DNA of 52,993 bases from IMG/VR virus record IMGVR_UViG_3300025083_000046, positions 1-52,993 of that record; one strand, 5' to 3'. Position 1 is the stretch's first letter; every line of letters begins with the position of its first letter. The notes beneath the pieces were generated by a model. That model worked only from the letters and a program-made list of their open reading frames with translations. It was not told the DNA's origin and did no database searches. The position numbers and the translations under genes are program-made. This document shows, piece by piece, positions 9,643 through 19,300 of the stretch. The DNA comes from a virus (lineage: Duplodnaviria > Caudoviricetes).

Positions 9643-11784
9643 ATGTCAATGCAGATATCCATATCAAATGCTATAGGTGGTGGCGGAGGCACACAGGGTG
9701 GTGGTACTCCTCCATTCAGCAATGTAAATTCATTTTTATTTGATGGTGTAGACGAAAAGATGTTTTCAACTGCAAACTATACTGAGCTAAATGGTTCTAC
9801 AAATTTTAGCATTAGTTTTTGGATTAAACCAATAGGTACTAATAGTAATGGAGTATGGGAAATAGAAACACAAGGTAATAGTGAGAGATTAACTTGTCGG
9901 TATATAGGTAGTCAACAACGTATATATATTACATTTAGGTCACAAAGTTATTATTATGGTTCAGCCGTTAATTCAGTATTGTTGAATCAATGGTCACATA
10001 TAGTATATACTTATAATGCTTCATTATCAAGATATAACAGACCAGAAATATATGTAAATGGTGCATTATCTCAAGGCACAAATAGTGGTGTACCTTATGC
10101 TTCATCTAATTTTAATGGTACTTTAACTTTTGGTGATTCTGTTAGATATGCATATGGAAACAATTACATAGATGAATTTGCAGTATGGAATAGTACAACA
10201 TTAACTCAAACACAAGCAAACGAATTATATAATGGAGGTACTCCTTCAGACCTTAACAATATTGCTAGTGGTTTAGCACAACCGACAACTTGGTTTAGAA
10301 TGGGTGAAGAAGCAACTTGGAATGGCTTTACTTGGACAATGACAGATGTCAATGGAGGAACAGTTGTAAGAGCTGCAAATATGCAAGAATCAAGTAGAAC
10401 AACAGACGTACCACCTAATCCATTTTCAAATACTTTAAGCACATACTTTGACGGTGTTGATGACAGAGTAGAAATTAATAGAACATTAGGAAGTGGATAC
10501 GCAGAACTTTCTATTTCTACGTGGGTTAAGTATAATAATAATGTTGCTACTTCAAATAAATATCATCCAATAGTTGCAAAAATTGGACCTTCTTTTGGTA
10601 ATTCTTTTGCTCTGCAAAATTTGAGAAGTGGTGCCTCGTCTAATGGTGGAGAATTATATTTCAATGTACAGACACCTAACGGAAGTTTTACTGCTTTTAG
10701 TGGCGTAGTGCCATCTCAAAATGTTTGGTATAACATAGTAGGTACATACGATGGTTCTAACGTAAAGATTTATATTGACGGAGTATTAAAAGGAACGTTA
10801 AGTGCAAGTGGTAACATTAATAGTAATAATGAATTAATGATGCTAGGAGATGCAGGTTATGGAGGATATAGTTCCATTCTAAACGGAAACCTTGACGAAG
10901 TTAGTGTTTATAGCAGAGGTTTAACACAAAGTGAAGTGACTGACATATTTGGTCAAGGTGTTCCTTCAGACGTTTCATCTATTCCTAATATAGAGGCTTG
11001 GTTGCGTATGGGAGACGGAGATACTGCAAACACAATTAAGGACAATGTAGGTAGCAATAACGGAACAATGGTAAATATGAATGCAAGTAACTTTGTAACA
11101 GACGTACCAACATTTTCAAAAAAGAGCATAGCTTTAGATGGTGTGGATGACTATGTAAACTGTGGTACTAATTTGGCGTTATTAGGTAGCGCAACAACTT
11201 TTAGTGCTTGGATAAAGATGACAGATGCTACAAGTTTCAGAGTATTACACAAAGGTATCGCAGGAAATAGAGAATATGCTTTTGGCGTAGGAACAAGTGA
11301 TACTTTATTTCTTATTCTTTATAATGGTTCAACTAATTACATAGGAAAAGTAAGCACTTCAACAATGACATCATACCAAGGTCAATGGATTCATATATGT
11401 GCAACTTATGATGGTAGCACCAATGCAAGTGGAATCACATTATATGTTAATGGCTCTGTATTTAATTCAAATTCAATAAGTGGAGGTTCATACACAGCGC
11501 CAAGTGGTAACAGCAATGGTAATGTCTATATAGGTCGATATAATACTGAATACGCAGATGGAAACATAGATGAGGTCTCGGTTTTTAATTCAGAGTTATC
11601 ACAAAGTGACGTAACATCTATATACAACGGAGGAGTACCCAATGACATATCAAGTCTATCACCTCTGTCTTGGTGGAAATGTGGTGACGGTGATACGGCT
11701 CCGATTTTAAGTGACAATGGTTCAGCAAGTAATGACGGAACAATGACAAACTTTAGTGCATTTTCAACAGATGTGCCAACATAA
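9643..11784 (+). CDS. LamG/concanavalin A-like protein with three tandem modules (head/tail appendage)
   Basis: Three copies of (F/L)DGVD...S(I/F)SxW(I/V)K...W.HI..TY...(I/L)Y(V/I)(N/D)G...(I/L)DE.....W.R.G...TDVP; Gly-rich N-terminal linker. Confidence 0.85.
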   Translation: MSMQISISNAIGGGGGTQGGGTPPFSNVNSFLFDGVDEKMFSTANYTELNGSTNFSISFWIKPIGTNSNGVWEIETQGNSERLTCRYIGSQQRIYITFRSQSYYYGSAVNSVLLNQWSHIVYTYNASLSRYNRPEIYVNGALSQGTNSGVPYASSNFNGTLTFGDSVRYAYGNNYIDEFAVWNSTTLTQTQANELYNGGTPSDLNNIASGLAQPTTWFRMGEEATWNGFTWTMTDVNGGTVVRAANMQESSRTTDVPPNPFSNTLSTYFDGVDDRVEINRTLGSGYAELSISTWVKYNNNVATSNKYHPIVAKIGPSFGNSFALQNLRSGASSNGGELYFNVQTPNGSFTAFSGVVPSQNVWYNIVGTYDGSNVKIYIDGVLKGTLSASGNINSNNELMMLGDAGYGGYSSILNGNLDEVSVYSRGLTQSEVTDIFGQGVPSDVSSIPNIEAWLRMGDGDTANTIKDNVGSNNGTMVNMNASNFVTDVPTFSKKSIALDGVDDYVNCGTNLALLGSATTFSAWIKMTDATSFRVLHKGIAGNREYAFGVGTSDTLFLILYNGSTNYIGKVSTSTMTSYQGQWIHICATYDGSTNASGITLYVNGSVFNSNSISGGSYTAPSGNSNGNVYIGRYNTEYADGNIDEVSVFNSELSQSDVTSIYNGGVPNDISSLSPLSWWKCGDGDTAPILSDNGSASNDGTMTNFSAFSTDVPT

Positions 11785-11799
11785 TAAACAAATAAAAAA

Positions 11800-12060
11800 A
11801 TGAGTACAAGAATAGCAGACACATACGCAATAATAAACATTGCAGATTTAGGAAACATTGATTTTTCACAAGTGGGTGAAACGGATGAGAACACAATCCG
11901 AAAGTCATTAGACGAAACACAATTCGTTTTAAAGTGGAATACAGAACCAAGCTTTATTGCTGACGGTACTGTAACGCCTTTACAAACTTTAACGCACGAT
12001 GAAGCTTTAGCGCTTATGGCTACCGCTGAATGGTCAGAGCCTATACCTGTAGAAGAGTAA
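11800..12060 (+). CDS. small acidic protein within the LamG cluster
   Basis: 86 aa, A-rich leader, packed between LamG genes. Confidence 0.7.
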   Translation: MSTRIADTYAIINIADLGNIDFSQVGETDENTIRKSLDETQFVLKWNTEPSFIADGTVTPLQTLTHDEALALMATAEWSEPIPVEE

Positions 12061-12061
12061 G

Positions 12062-12775
12062 ATGTCGGGTAACTATCGTTCCATATTAAATGTTCAAGGC
12101 TCTGCCTTTAGCAATACAAAGAGCATACTATTAGACGGTGTTGATGACTATGTTGACTTAGGAAGCGGTTCAACGGTTGCCAATGGTGGTCAATTTACTT
12201 TGTCATTTTGGATAAAAGGAGGAACTGCACCTACAAGTGGGTATCCTTATTTATTTAGTGCTGATTATTATAATCAACATACTTTATGGTTAGTTAGAGG
12301 AAATGATATTCGGTGGGTTAATGTTAATAATGTTAATAGAATTGTAGCTGTTGGGGTATTAGATAATAGTTGGCACCATGTATTAATTATATGGAATCCA
12401 GATGGAGCAAATACTACAATACGTTGTTTCGTAGATGGAGCAAATGAAGTTAATGTATCTACAGATTGGAGATATGGAACAGGCGGTATATATAAAGGTG
12501 CTTTACAATATATTGGAAATAGAGCAGGTCAAAATTTAGGATTCAATGGGAATTTAGATGAGTTTGCAATATGGGATGATGACCAATCTGCAAATGTAAG
12601 TGCTATATATAATAGTGGACAAGTACACGATTTAAATGCTTTAAGTTCTCCTCCTGTTAATTGGTGGCGTTGTGGGGACGGAGACACGGCACCGACTCTA
12701 ACTGATAACGGTTCGGGAGGTAACAACGGAACAATGACAAACTTCAGTACCTTTTCAACTGACGTACCTACATAA
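12062..12775 (+). CDS. single-module LamG/concanavalin A-like protein
   Basis: LDGVDDYV...SFWIK...WHHV...FVDG...LDEFAIW...WWRCGDGD...TDVPT. Confidence 0.85.
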   Translation: MSGNYRSILNVQGSAFSNTKSILLDGVDDYVDLGSGSTVANGGQFTLSFWIKGGTAPTSGYPYLFSADYYNQHTLWLVRGNDIRWVNVNNVNRIVAVGVLDNSWHHVLIIWNPDGANTTIRCFVDGANEVNVSTDWRYGTGGIYKGALQYIGNRAGQNLGFNGNLDEFAIWDDDQSANVSAIYNSGQVHDLNALSSPPVNWWRCGDGDTAPTLTDNGSGGNNGTMTNFSTFSTDVPT

Positions 12776-12784
12776 ATAATTTAT

Positions 12785-12792
12785 TATCTTTG
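12785..12792 (+). promoter_or_regulatory. Bacteroidota-type -7 promoter element (TATCTTTG)
   Basis: Intergenic TAnnTTTG, 16 nt before ATG 12809. Confidence 0.55.
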
Positions 12793-12808
12793 TATAAAAC
12801 AAAACATT

Positions 12809-13219
12809 ATGGCAACAATACCAAATGACGAACAGTTTGTAGGAATATCAGCCTCGGAGGATTTAATCGAGAGAGGTTCAGCCCAAACCAATAGTGCAAG
12901 AACAATCTATACATATGCAGACCTAAAGGCAGGATCGCAGTCCGCTGTAGCCAATACTGGCGCAGTGATATCATTCACACAGAATGAAATATACAACACA
13001 TCATCATCGGCAGGGACAGGTAACATCACAAATGATTTGACTGACGCACAGTTGGGAATCGTACAGAAGATTTATCACCAAGAGGGTACAGAGCCTCAGA
13101 CACCTGCGGGATGGGTTCTTATGGGTTCGGGTACATATAGCACTACAGCTCTTAATGTAATCTATGCTGAGTGGTGTGGAGGAACGAGAGTTGAGTATTG
13201 GATTGTACAGCCTGCGTAG
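12809..13219 (+). CDS. hypothetical structural protein, 136 aa
   Basis: ORF with its own promoter-like element, inside the appendage cluster. Confidence 0.7.
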   Translation: MATIPNDEQFVGISASEDLIERGSAQTNSARTIYTYADLKAGSQSAVANTGAVISFTQNEIYNTSSSAGTGNITNDLTDAQLGIVQKIYHQEGTEPQTPAGWVLMGSGTYSTTALNVIYAEWCGGTRVEYWIVQPA

Positions 13220-14620
13220 ATGTCTAACCGCTACCGTTCCATACTATCATTGGGGAGTAGCACTCCTCCATTCAGCAATGTAAATTCATTTAGCTTTGAC
13301 GGAGTAGATGACTACTTTATAGTGCCTGACACAAGTGGTTTAAGTTTTGGTAATGGTACAACAGATTCGCCTTTTTCAATTAGTGCTTGGGTTAAAATTG
13401 GTCAAACAACTGCACAAGGTATTGTGACAAAATACGGTTCAAGTAGTAGAACAAGAGAATATACATTTTATACTACAGGCGGTAAATTAAGGTTATTGCT
13501 TTGGGGGAACGGAACAAACAATTTTGCAACAGGCACGACAACTTTTACTACTGACACTTGGTATCACGTTGCTTGTACTTATGATGGTAGGGGTGGCTCT
13601 ACCGCTTACAACGGAATTACTCTTTATATTAATGGTGTTGCGGAATCCGTAACAACAAGTGGTGGTTCATATACTGCAATGAGCAATACGAGCCAACCTC
13701 TTTATATCGGAAAGGAAAATGCAAAATTAATTGACGGCAACATAGACGAGACGGCTATTTTCACAACAGAGTTATCAGCAAGTGACATAAGCGCAATTTA
13801 TAACAACGGTGAACCGCAAAGCCTTGACGCATACTCACCATTTGTTTGGTTCAGAATGGGAGACAATGCAACTTGGAATGGATTCGCTTGGACAATGACA
13901 AGCGTAGGTACGGATACACGAACTGCAAGGTCTGCAAATATGGTAGAAGCCAATAGAACCACAGACGTACCACCTAATCCTTTTGTAAATACTTTGAGTA
14001 CATTATATGATGGTGTTGATGATAGAATTAATTTTGCAAGTACAATAACTTTTAGCGGAGAATTTAGTTTTAATTGGTGGATGAAACCGCAAGGATATGC
14101 AACAAACTCAAAAGCGTACATTTGGGGAAGATGGGGAAGTAATACAGATTTTTTAAAATTAAATAACAATAGTCAACTTGTACTACAAATAGGAGGCATA
14201 TCAAGGACTTTAAATAGAATTTTAGGCGGTGATACAATTGATTTAAATGTATGGAGTCAAATATGTTTAACAAGAGATTCATCAAACAACATTAAGGCAT
14301 ATGTAAATGGAAATTTATTTGCAAGTTCTTCAGCATCAACAACATTAAGAGTGCAAACTATAGGCAGAATAATAAACAATGGTTTTGGTTTTTTAGGAGC
14401 AATTGATGAGGTTTCGTTTTTTAATAGAGAATTAAACTCAAGTGAAATTACGACAATATACAACGGTGGTTTGCCATCAGATGTTTCAAGTATAAGCGGA
14501 ATTATTCATTGGTATAGATGCGGAGATGGAGATACGGCTACAACCATAACGGACAACATAGGAAGCAACAATGCAACAATGATAAACTTTACAACTTTTA
14601 GTACAGACGTACCAACATAA
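13220..14620 (+). CDS. LamG/concanavalin A-like protein with two tandem modules
   Basis: Two LamG modules with the same boundary motifs as 9643-11784. Confidence 0.85.
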   Translation: MSNRYRSILSLGSSTPPFSNVNSFSFDGVDDYFIVPDTSGLSFGNGTTDSPFSISAWVKIGQTTAQGIVTKYGSSSRTREYTFYTTGGKLRLLLWGNGTNNFATGTTTFTTDTWYHVACTYDGRGGSTAYNGITLYINGVAESVTTSGGSYTAMSNTSQPLYIGKENAKLIDGNIDETAIFTTELSASDISAIYNNGEPQSLDAYSPFVWFRMGDNATWNGFAWTMTSVGTDTRTARSANMVEANRTTDVPPNPFVNTLSTLYDGVDDRINFASTITFSGEFSFNWWMKPQGYATNSKAYIWGRWGSNTDFLKLNNNSQLVLQIGGISRTLNRILGGDTIDLNVWSQICLTRDSSNNIKAYVNGNLFASSSASTTLRVQTIGRIINNGFGFLGAIDEVSFFNRELNSSEITTIYNGGLPSDVSSISGIIHWYRCGDGDTATTITDNIGSNNATMINFTTFSTDVPT

Positions 14621-14643
14621 ATAAACACCTCTTTTTTTTTGTT

Positions 14644-14651
14644 TATCTTTG
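14644..14651 (+). promoter_or_regulatory. Bacteroidota-type -7 promoter element (TATCTTTG)
   Basis: Intergenic TAnnTTTG, 17 nt before ATG 14669. Confidence 0.55.
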
Positions 14652-14668
14652 TGTAAAGAATACACGAG

Positions 14669-15400
14669 ATGATTAACTCAGTACGAAATACAGTTCTATC
14701 TATACTGAACAAAAATAATTACGGATATATTTCTCCTTCAGATTTTAACTTGTTTGCAAAACAAGCTCAGTTAGATATATTTGAGAACTATTTCTTTGAT
14801 TACAACTATCAGATACAAAAAGAGAATGCTAGACAATCAGGAACAGGTTACGCTGATCTCAAGCAGAATGATGAGGAAGTTATAGATTCTTTTTCAGTTA
14901 CTTCAAACCTAACAGTTGTAGCAGCAACAAATACATTCACTTTACCATCTGACTGGTATCTATTAAATAGCATATTCTATGATGCTCAAGCTACACCTGC
15001 TGTTCCCTTGAGACAGATGGAGAGAGTGTCTCAGAAGAAAATTAGATTGCTTTTGAATTCAAACATTACTGCTCCAAATACTTTTTATCCAGCGTATACT
15101 ATGGAGGGTAATTTATTGACAGCATATCCTACTACAATAAATACTCAAGATGATGTGGTGTGTCAGTATATAAGATATCCTAAAGATCCTAAGTGGACTT
15201 ATGCAGATGTTCCTACTGCAACTGGAGAGCCATTGTTTGATTCTACAGCAGCAGATTACCAAGACTTTGAGATTCCTGTTTCGGATGAACCTACGCTAGT
15301 AGTTAGAATACTAGAGTATGCCGGATTATCTATAAGAGAAAGTGACGTTGTAAACGTAGCGTCAAGTATGGACAATAGAGAAACTGCTTCAGAAAAATAA
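14669..15400 (+). CDS. probable head-tail adaptor/ring protein
   Basis: Size, position and the pattern LPSDWY...Y.RYPKDP resemble podovirus adaptor/tail-tubular-A proteins. Confidence 0.6.
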   Translation: MINSVRNTVLSILNKNNYGYISPSDFNLFAKQAQLDIFENYFFDYNYQIQKENARQSGTGYADLKQNDEEVIDSFSVTSNLTVVAATNTFTLPSDWYLLNSIFYDAQATPAVPLRQMERVSQKKIRLLLNSNITAPNTFYPAYTMEGNLLTAYPTTINTQDDVVCQYIRYPKDPKWTYADVPTATGEPLFDSTAADYQDFEIPVSDEPTLVVRILEYAGLSIRESDVVNVASSMDNRETASEK

Positions 15401-15405
15401 TAATT

Positions 15406-16329
15406 ATGGCTTATATATCAGCATATCAATATTACGAGAATGGTGGAGCTGCACCTGAGAATGCCAACTGGGGTTCATATCAATACATATCTTTACAAGA
15501 CATTGTGAACAACTTCTTGTTGATGTACGATGGTAATAACTCTTTGGTAAATAACGAGGAGAGGTATAAAATATTGTTTCATGCTAAGAGAGCAGTTCAA
15601 GAATTAAACTACGATGCGTTTAAGGAGGTTAAAATTTTAGAGTTGGACGTATGCGACAACCTGCGTTTTATTCTTCCTCCTGACTACGTCAATTGGGTTC
15701 GAATATCTATGTACAAAGATAATGTGTTGATGCCTCTTACTGAAAATATTCAAACTAATTATAGCGATGCGTATCTTCAAGATAATAACTGTAGAATTTT
15801 ATTCGATCAGGATGGTAATGTTTTGAAGCCAGAGTATTCTAACTTAGATGTAGATAGAATCACAAAGCAAAAGAAGAGCATATACTTAAATGAGAACAGT
15901 CCATTTGATCAGACGCTAGGATATTGTTGTGATGGCTATTGGTATTTTGATTATGCAATCGGAGCGAGATATGGTCTCAACACAGAGACAGCAAACATCA
16001 ACCCTACCTTTAAGATTGACAATAAGGGTGGTGTCATAAACTTTAGTTCTGGTATGGCAGGAGAGTTATGCGTATTAGAATATGTTAGCGATGGTCTATA
16101 CAATGGAGATGATTCTCAGATTACAGTAAACAAGTTGTTTGAGAGTTATGTCTATGCATATATAAAGTATGAGATACTTACAAATAAGCTAGGTGTTCAG
16201 GAGTATGTGATAGCGCGAGCAAAGAAAGAAAAGACTGCGCTTCTTAGAAATGCTAAGATTAGAATCAGCAACATTCACCCAAGTAGATTATTAATGAACT
16301 TGCGTGGACAGAATAAGTGGATAAAATAA
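15406..16329 (+). CDS. probable second tail ring/adaptor protein
   Basis: LPPDYVNWVRIS pattern similar to the previous gene; lies between adaptor and nozzle. Confidence 0.55.
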   Translation: MAYISAYQYYENGGAAPENANWGSYQYISLQDIVNNFLLMYDGNNSLVNNEERYKILFHAKRAVQELNYDAFKEVKILELDVCDNLRFILPPDYVNWVRISMYKDNVLMPLTENIQTNYSDAYLQDNNCRILFDQDGNVLKPEYSNLDVDRITKQKKSIYLNENSPFDQTLGYCCDGYWYFDYAIGARYGLNTETANINPTFKIDNKGGVINFSSGMAGELCVLEYVSDGLYNGDDSQITVNKLFESYVYAYIKYEILTNKLGVQEYVIARAKKEKTALLRNAKIRISNIHPSRLLMNLRGQNKWIK

Positions 16330-16330
16330 A

Positions 16331-19300
16331 ATGAAAATAGAAAGAAGTTTTGTTAGAGGTCGCATGAATAAAAGTGTTGACGAGAGACTCTTGCCTCAAG
16401 GTGAGTATGTTGACGCAATGAACATTCGACTAGGGTCTACAGAAGAAAGTGAAATAGGTGCAATTGAAAACGCTAGAGGTAATGAGCTTATTGCTGAGGT
16501 GCAATATCTAAACCAATCATTATCTTCTCAAGCAGTATGTTTAGGCTCTCTTGAAGATTCTGAGAACGAAACAATATATTGGTGTGTTCACGATCCTGCA
16601 AATGCACAAAGTACTACAACTGGTAAGGTAGATATAATTGTGTCATACAATACTTTAAATGATGCTCTTACATATCATGTGATATCTACTGATGATGGCG
16701 ATGGTGTAAACACTGCATTGAACTTTAGCACTACATATCGTGTAAATGCAATGACATTCATTGATGGTCTATTGTTTTTTACAGACAACAACAATCAGCC
16801 GATGCGAATCAATGTTGATCGTGTGTATAACGAGCCTAGTGTTAAAGACCTTTTAGTTATCGTTCAACCTCCTAATGAATCTCCAACCGTACAGTTACAA
16901 ACTGTTGCAGGTTTAGAGAATTACATGGACACTAGATTCATATCATTTGCATATAGGTATAAGTATAGAGATGGAGAGTACTCAGCGTTGTCTCAGTTCT
17001 CTGAGATAGCATTCGACCCAAAGCCATTTTCTTTAAGTGTTGATACTTATCAGAATGAGGGAATGGTTAATGAGTTTAATTCTGCATCTGTTTCTTTTAA
17101 TACCGGAGGAGAAAATGTAACTGGTATTGACCTTGTATTTAAACTTTCTAATCAATCGGTTGTAAATGTAATCGAGAAGTTTGATAAGTCAAGTCAAGGT
17201 TGGTTGGACAATCAGACTAAAACTAGAAACTTTACGAACAGAAAGATTTATACCACGCTAGGGACGAGTGAGATACTTAGAGTATTTGACAATGTGCCAA
17301 GAAAAGCACAGGCTCAGACTATAATGGGTAATCGCTTAATGTATGGTAATTATGTTGATGGATATGATGTGAAAGATTCTGATGGTAATGATTGTGACAT
17401 AGTATATAATACTGAGTTAGTAAGTGAAGATTTGACTCCTGTAGAACTAGGGGTTTCATTTGACCCTTTCGATTTTACTATAGACCCTGCTGTAACTAGA
17501 ACAGTTTCTGATGGTCAAATAGATATTGATTGTAGTGCAATTGCTTCAGGCTTAGAGCAAGGAGCAAGTCTTGATTTTACAATTAGAATAGTACATGATA
17601 GTTTTTCTGGATCGGGCGCACCTAGTACTACACAAGCTCCTTTTACAATTACATTCTCAGTAGTATTAGACCAACCATATGCAAGTATTGCAAATCTTGT
17701 TTCAAGCGCAGTTTTTACTGAAGCCTTACAAGGAATTACTTTCCCTACAGACCTAACTCAATGCGGCACTACTGCTCAAGGGTTTTCTACTACCGATCAA
17801 TTTAACTGTACAATACAAGCTCCTTTAGACCCTTCTATTACTTGGAACAAAGACATGAGTAGTCCGACTGCTACGATTGGTGTTCCTATTACAGCTATTG
17901 CTTATAATACAAATACAATTAGAATCACACTAATTGCAATGAGGTATGTAGATGCAGCAACTCCTGGAGTGTATTTATATGAATACTTTGGTTCATCTGG
18001 TGCTGGTGCAACATTTAGTACGTCTGCAAATAAAAGAAGTCTTCATAGTGATAGAGATTATGAAGTAGGCATTGTTTATATGGATGATTTTAATCGTTCA
18101 ACTACAGCATTAGTAAGTACAAACAACACAGTGTTTGTGCCACCTGGAGAGTCTACAAGTAAAAATAGTATAAAGGTTACTATCCCTCCTAATCAAAAAC
18201 CTCCATCATGGGCAACGAGGTATAAGTTTGTGGTCAAACCTTCTAGTATTGACTATGAGGTTATATATAGTGATTTGTTTTTTATAGACCCTGCTGATAG
18301 TGCAACATATGTAAAGTTAGAGGGGGACAATCAAACTAAAGCTGCTAAAGGTGATAGGCTTAGAGTTAAAAGGGATACCGATGGAGCATTGAGTCAGCGT
18401 ATAGAAACAGTAATATTAGAGTTACAGTCTCAACCTGCAAATTTTATTTCTGACAATGTTGATGGTGATGGAGATAATATTTCAGAGCCAGGTGGCTTAT
18501 ATATGAAAATTAAACCTAATGGTTATAATACTCAGTATGACCCTAATAGTTTTCTTGGTGGCAGTACGGTAACTAATAGTTCGGACGTTCCTAACTCTTT
18601 AGGGATTCCGCCTTCTAATAGACCTAACTATATGCCTACCGTAAATTATTTATGTTCAATACCTAACCCTAATTTTGATTCTGTTGCTGGGCCATCATTG
18701 ACAAACCTTCCCTTTTTGCCTTGGACTATTCCAGCTAATAGTAGAGTGGTGTTTGACATAACCTTTAAAAGAGAAAGAAGGGGTAATGCTTGTGACCAGT
18801 ATATTTATAGGTTTCAAAAAGAAATTACTGCTTCAGAAGATTATTCAAGTTTGTACGATTTTGTAATAGGTCAAAATGTAAATTTTGATAGTGGGGAAAA
18901 TGATCCTAATAATGGTGAAAGCCCTAATCAAAATGTTTTTGATCCTAACATTGTGCAGTTACCTTTTGATATATCTACATCTCCAGGTATGCCTATAGGC
19001 CCAGCCGCTACTCCCGATGCTCCTGCTCCCATAACAGGAACAAATCAATACGGGTTTGTGGGTAGTGATGTAGATTGGACAGGTAGTGGTGGAAGTTCTT
19101 CTGCTGATTATTATGCTGGTAAACAATTCTTTCAAATAAGAAGTGGAATGCAGCCTTGTGATAGTGCAACAATTTTTAACAAGCCTAGACAATCTATTCT
19201 TAGCGCATCCGTTAGAGTATTTACTTCTGAGAACTTGTTGATATTTGAAACAATTCCAGTTGAAAGTGATGCAAATATATACTATGAAGGCAGTGATAGT

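Noticed and set aside
9643-14620. Diversity-generating retroelement or invertible shufflon acting on the LamG genes
   Set aside because: No reverse transcriptase or site-specific recombinase in the window. Repeats are direct and coding, and differences are not adenine-specific.
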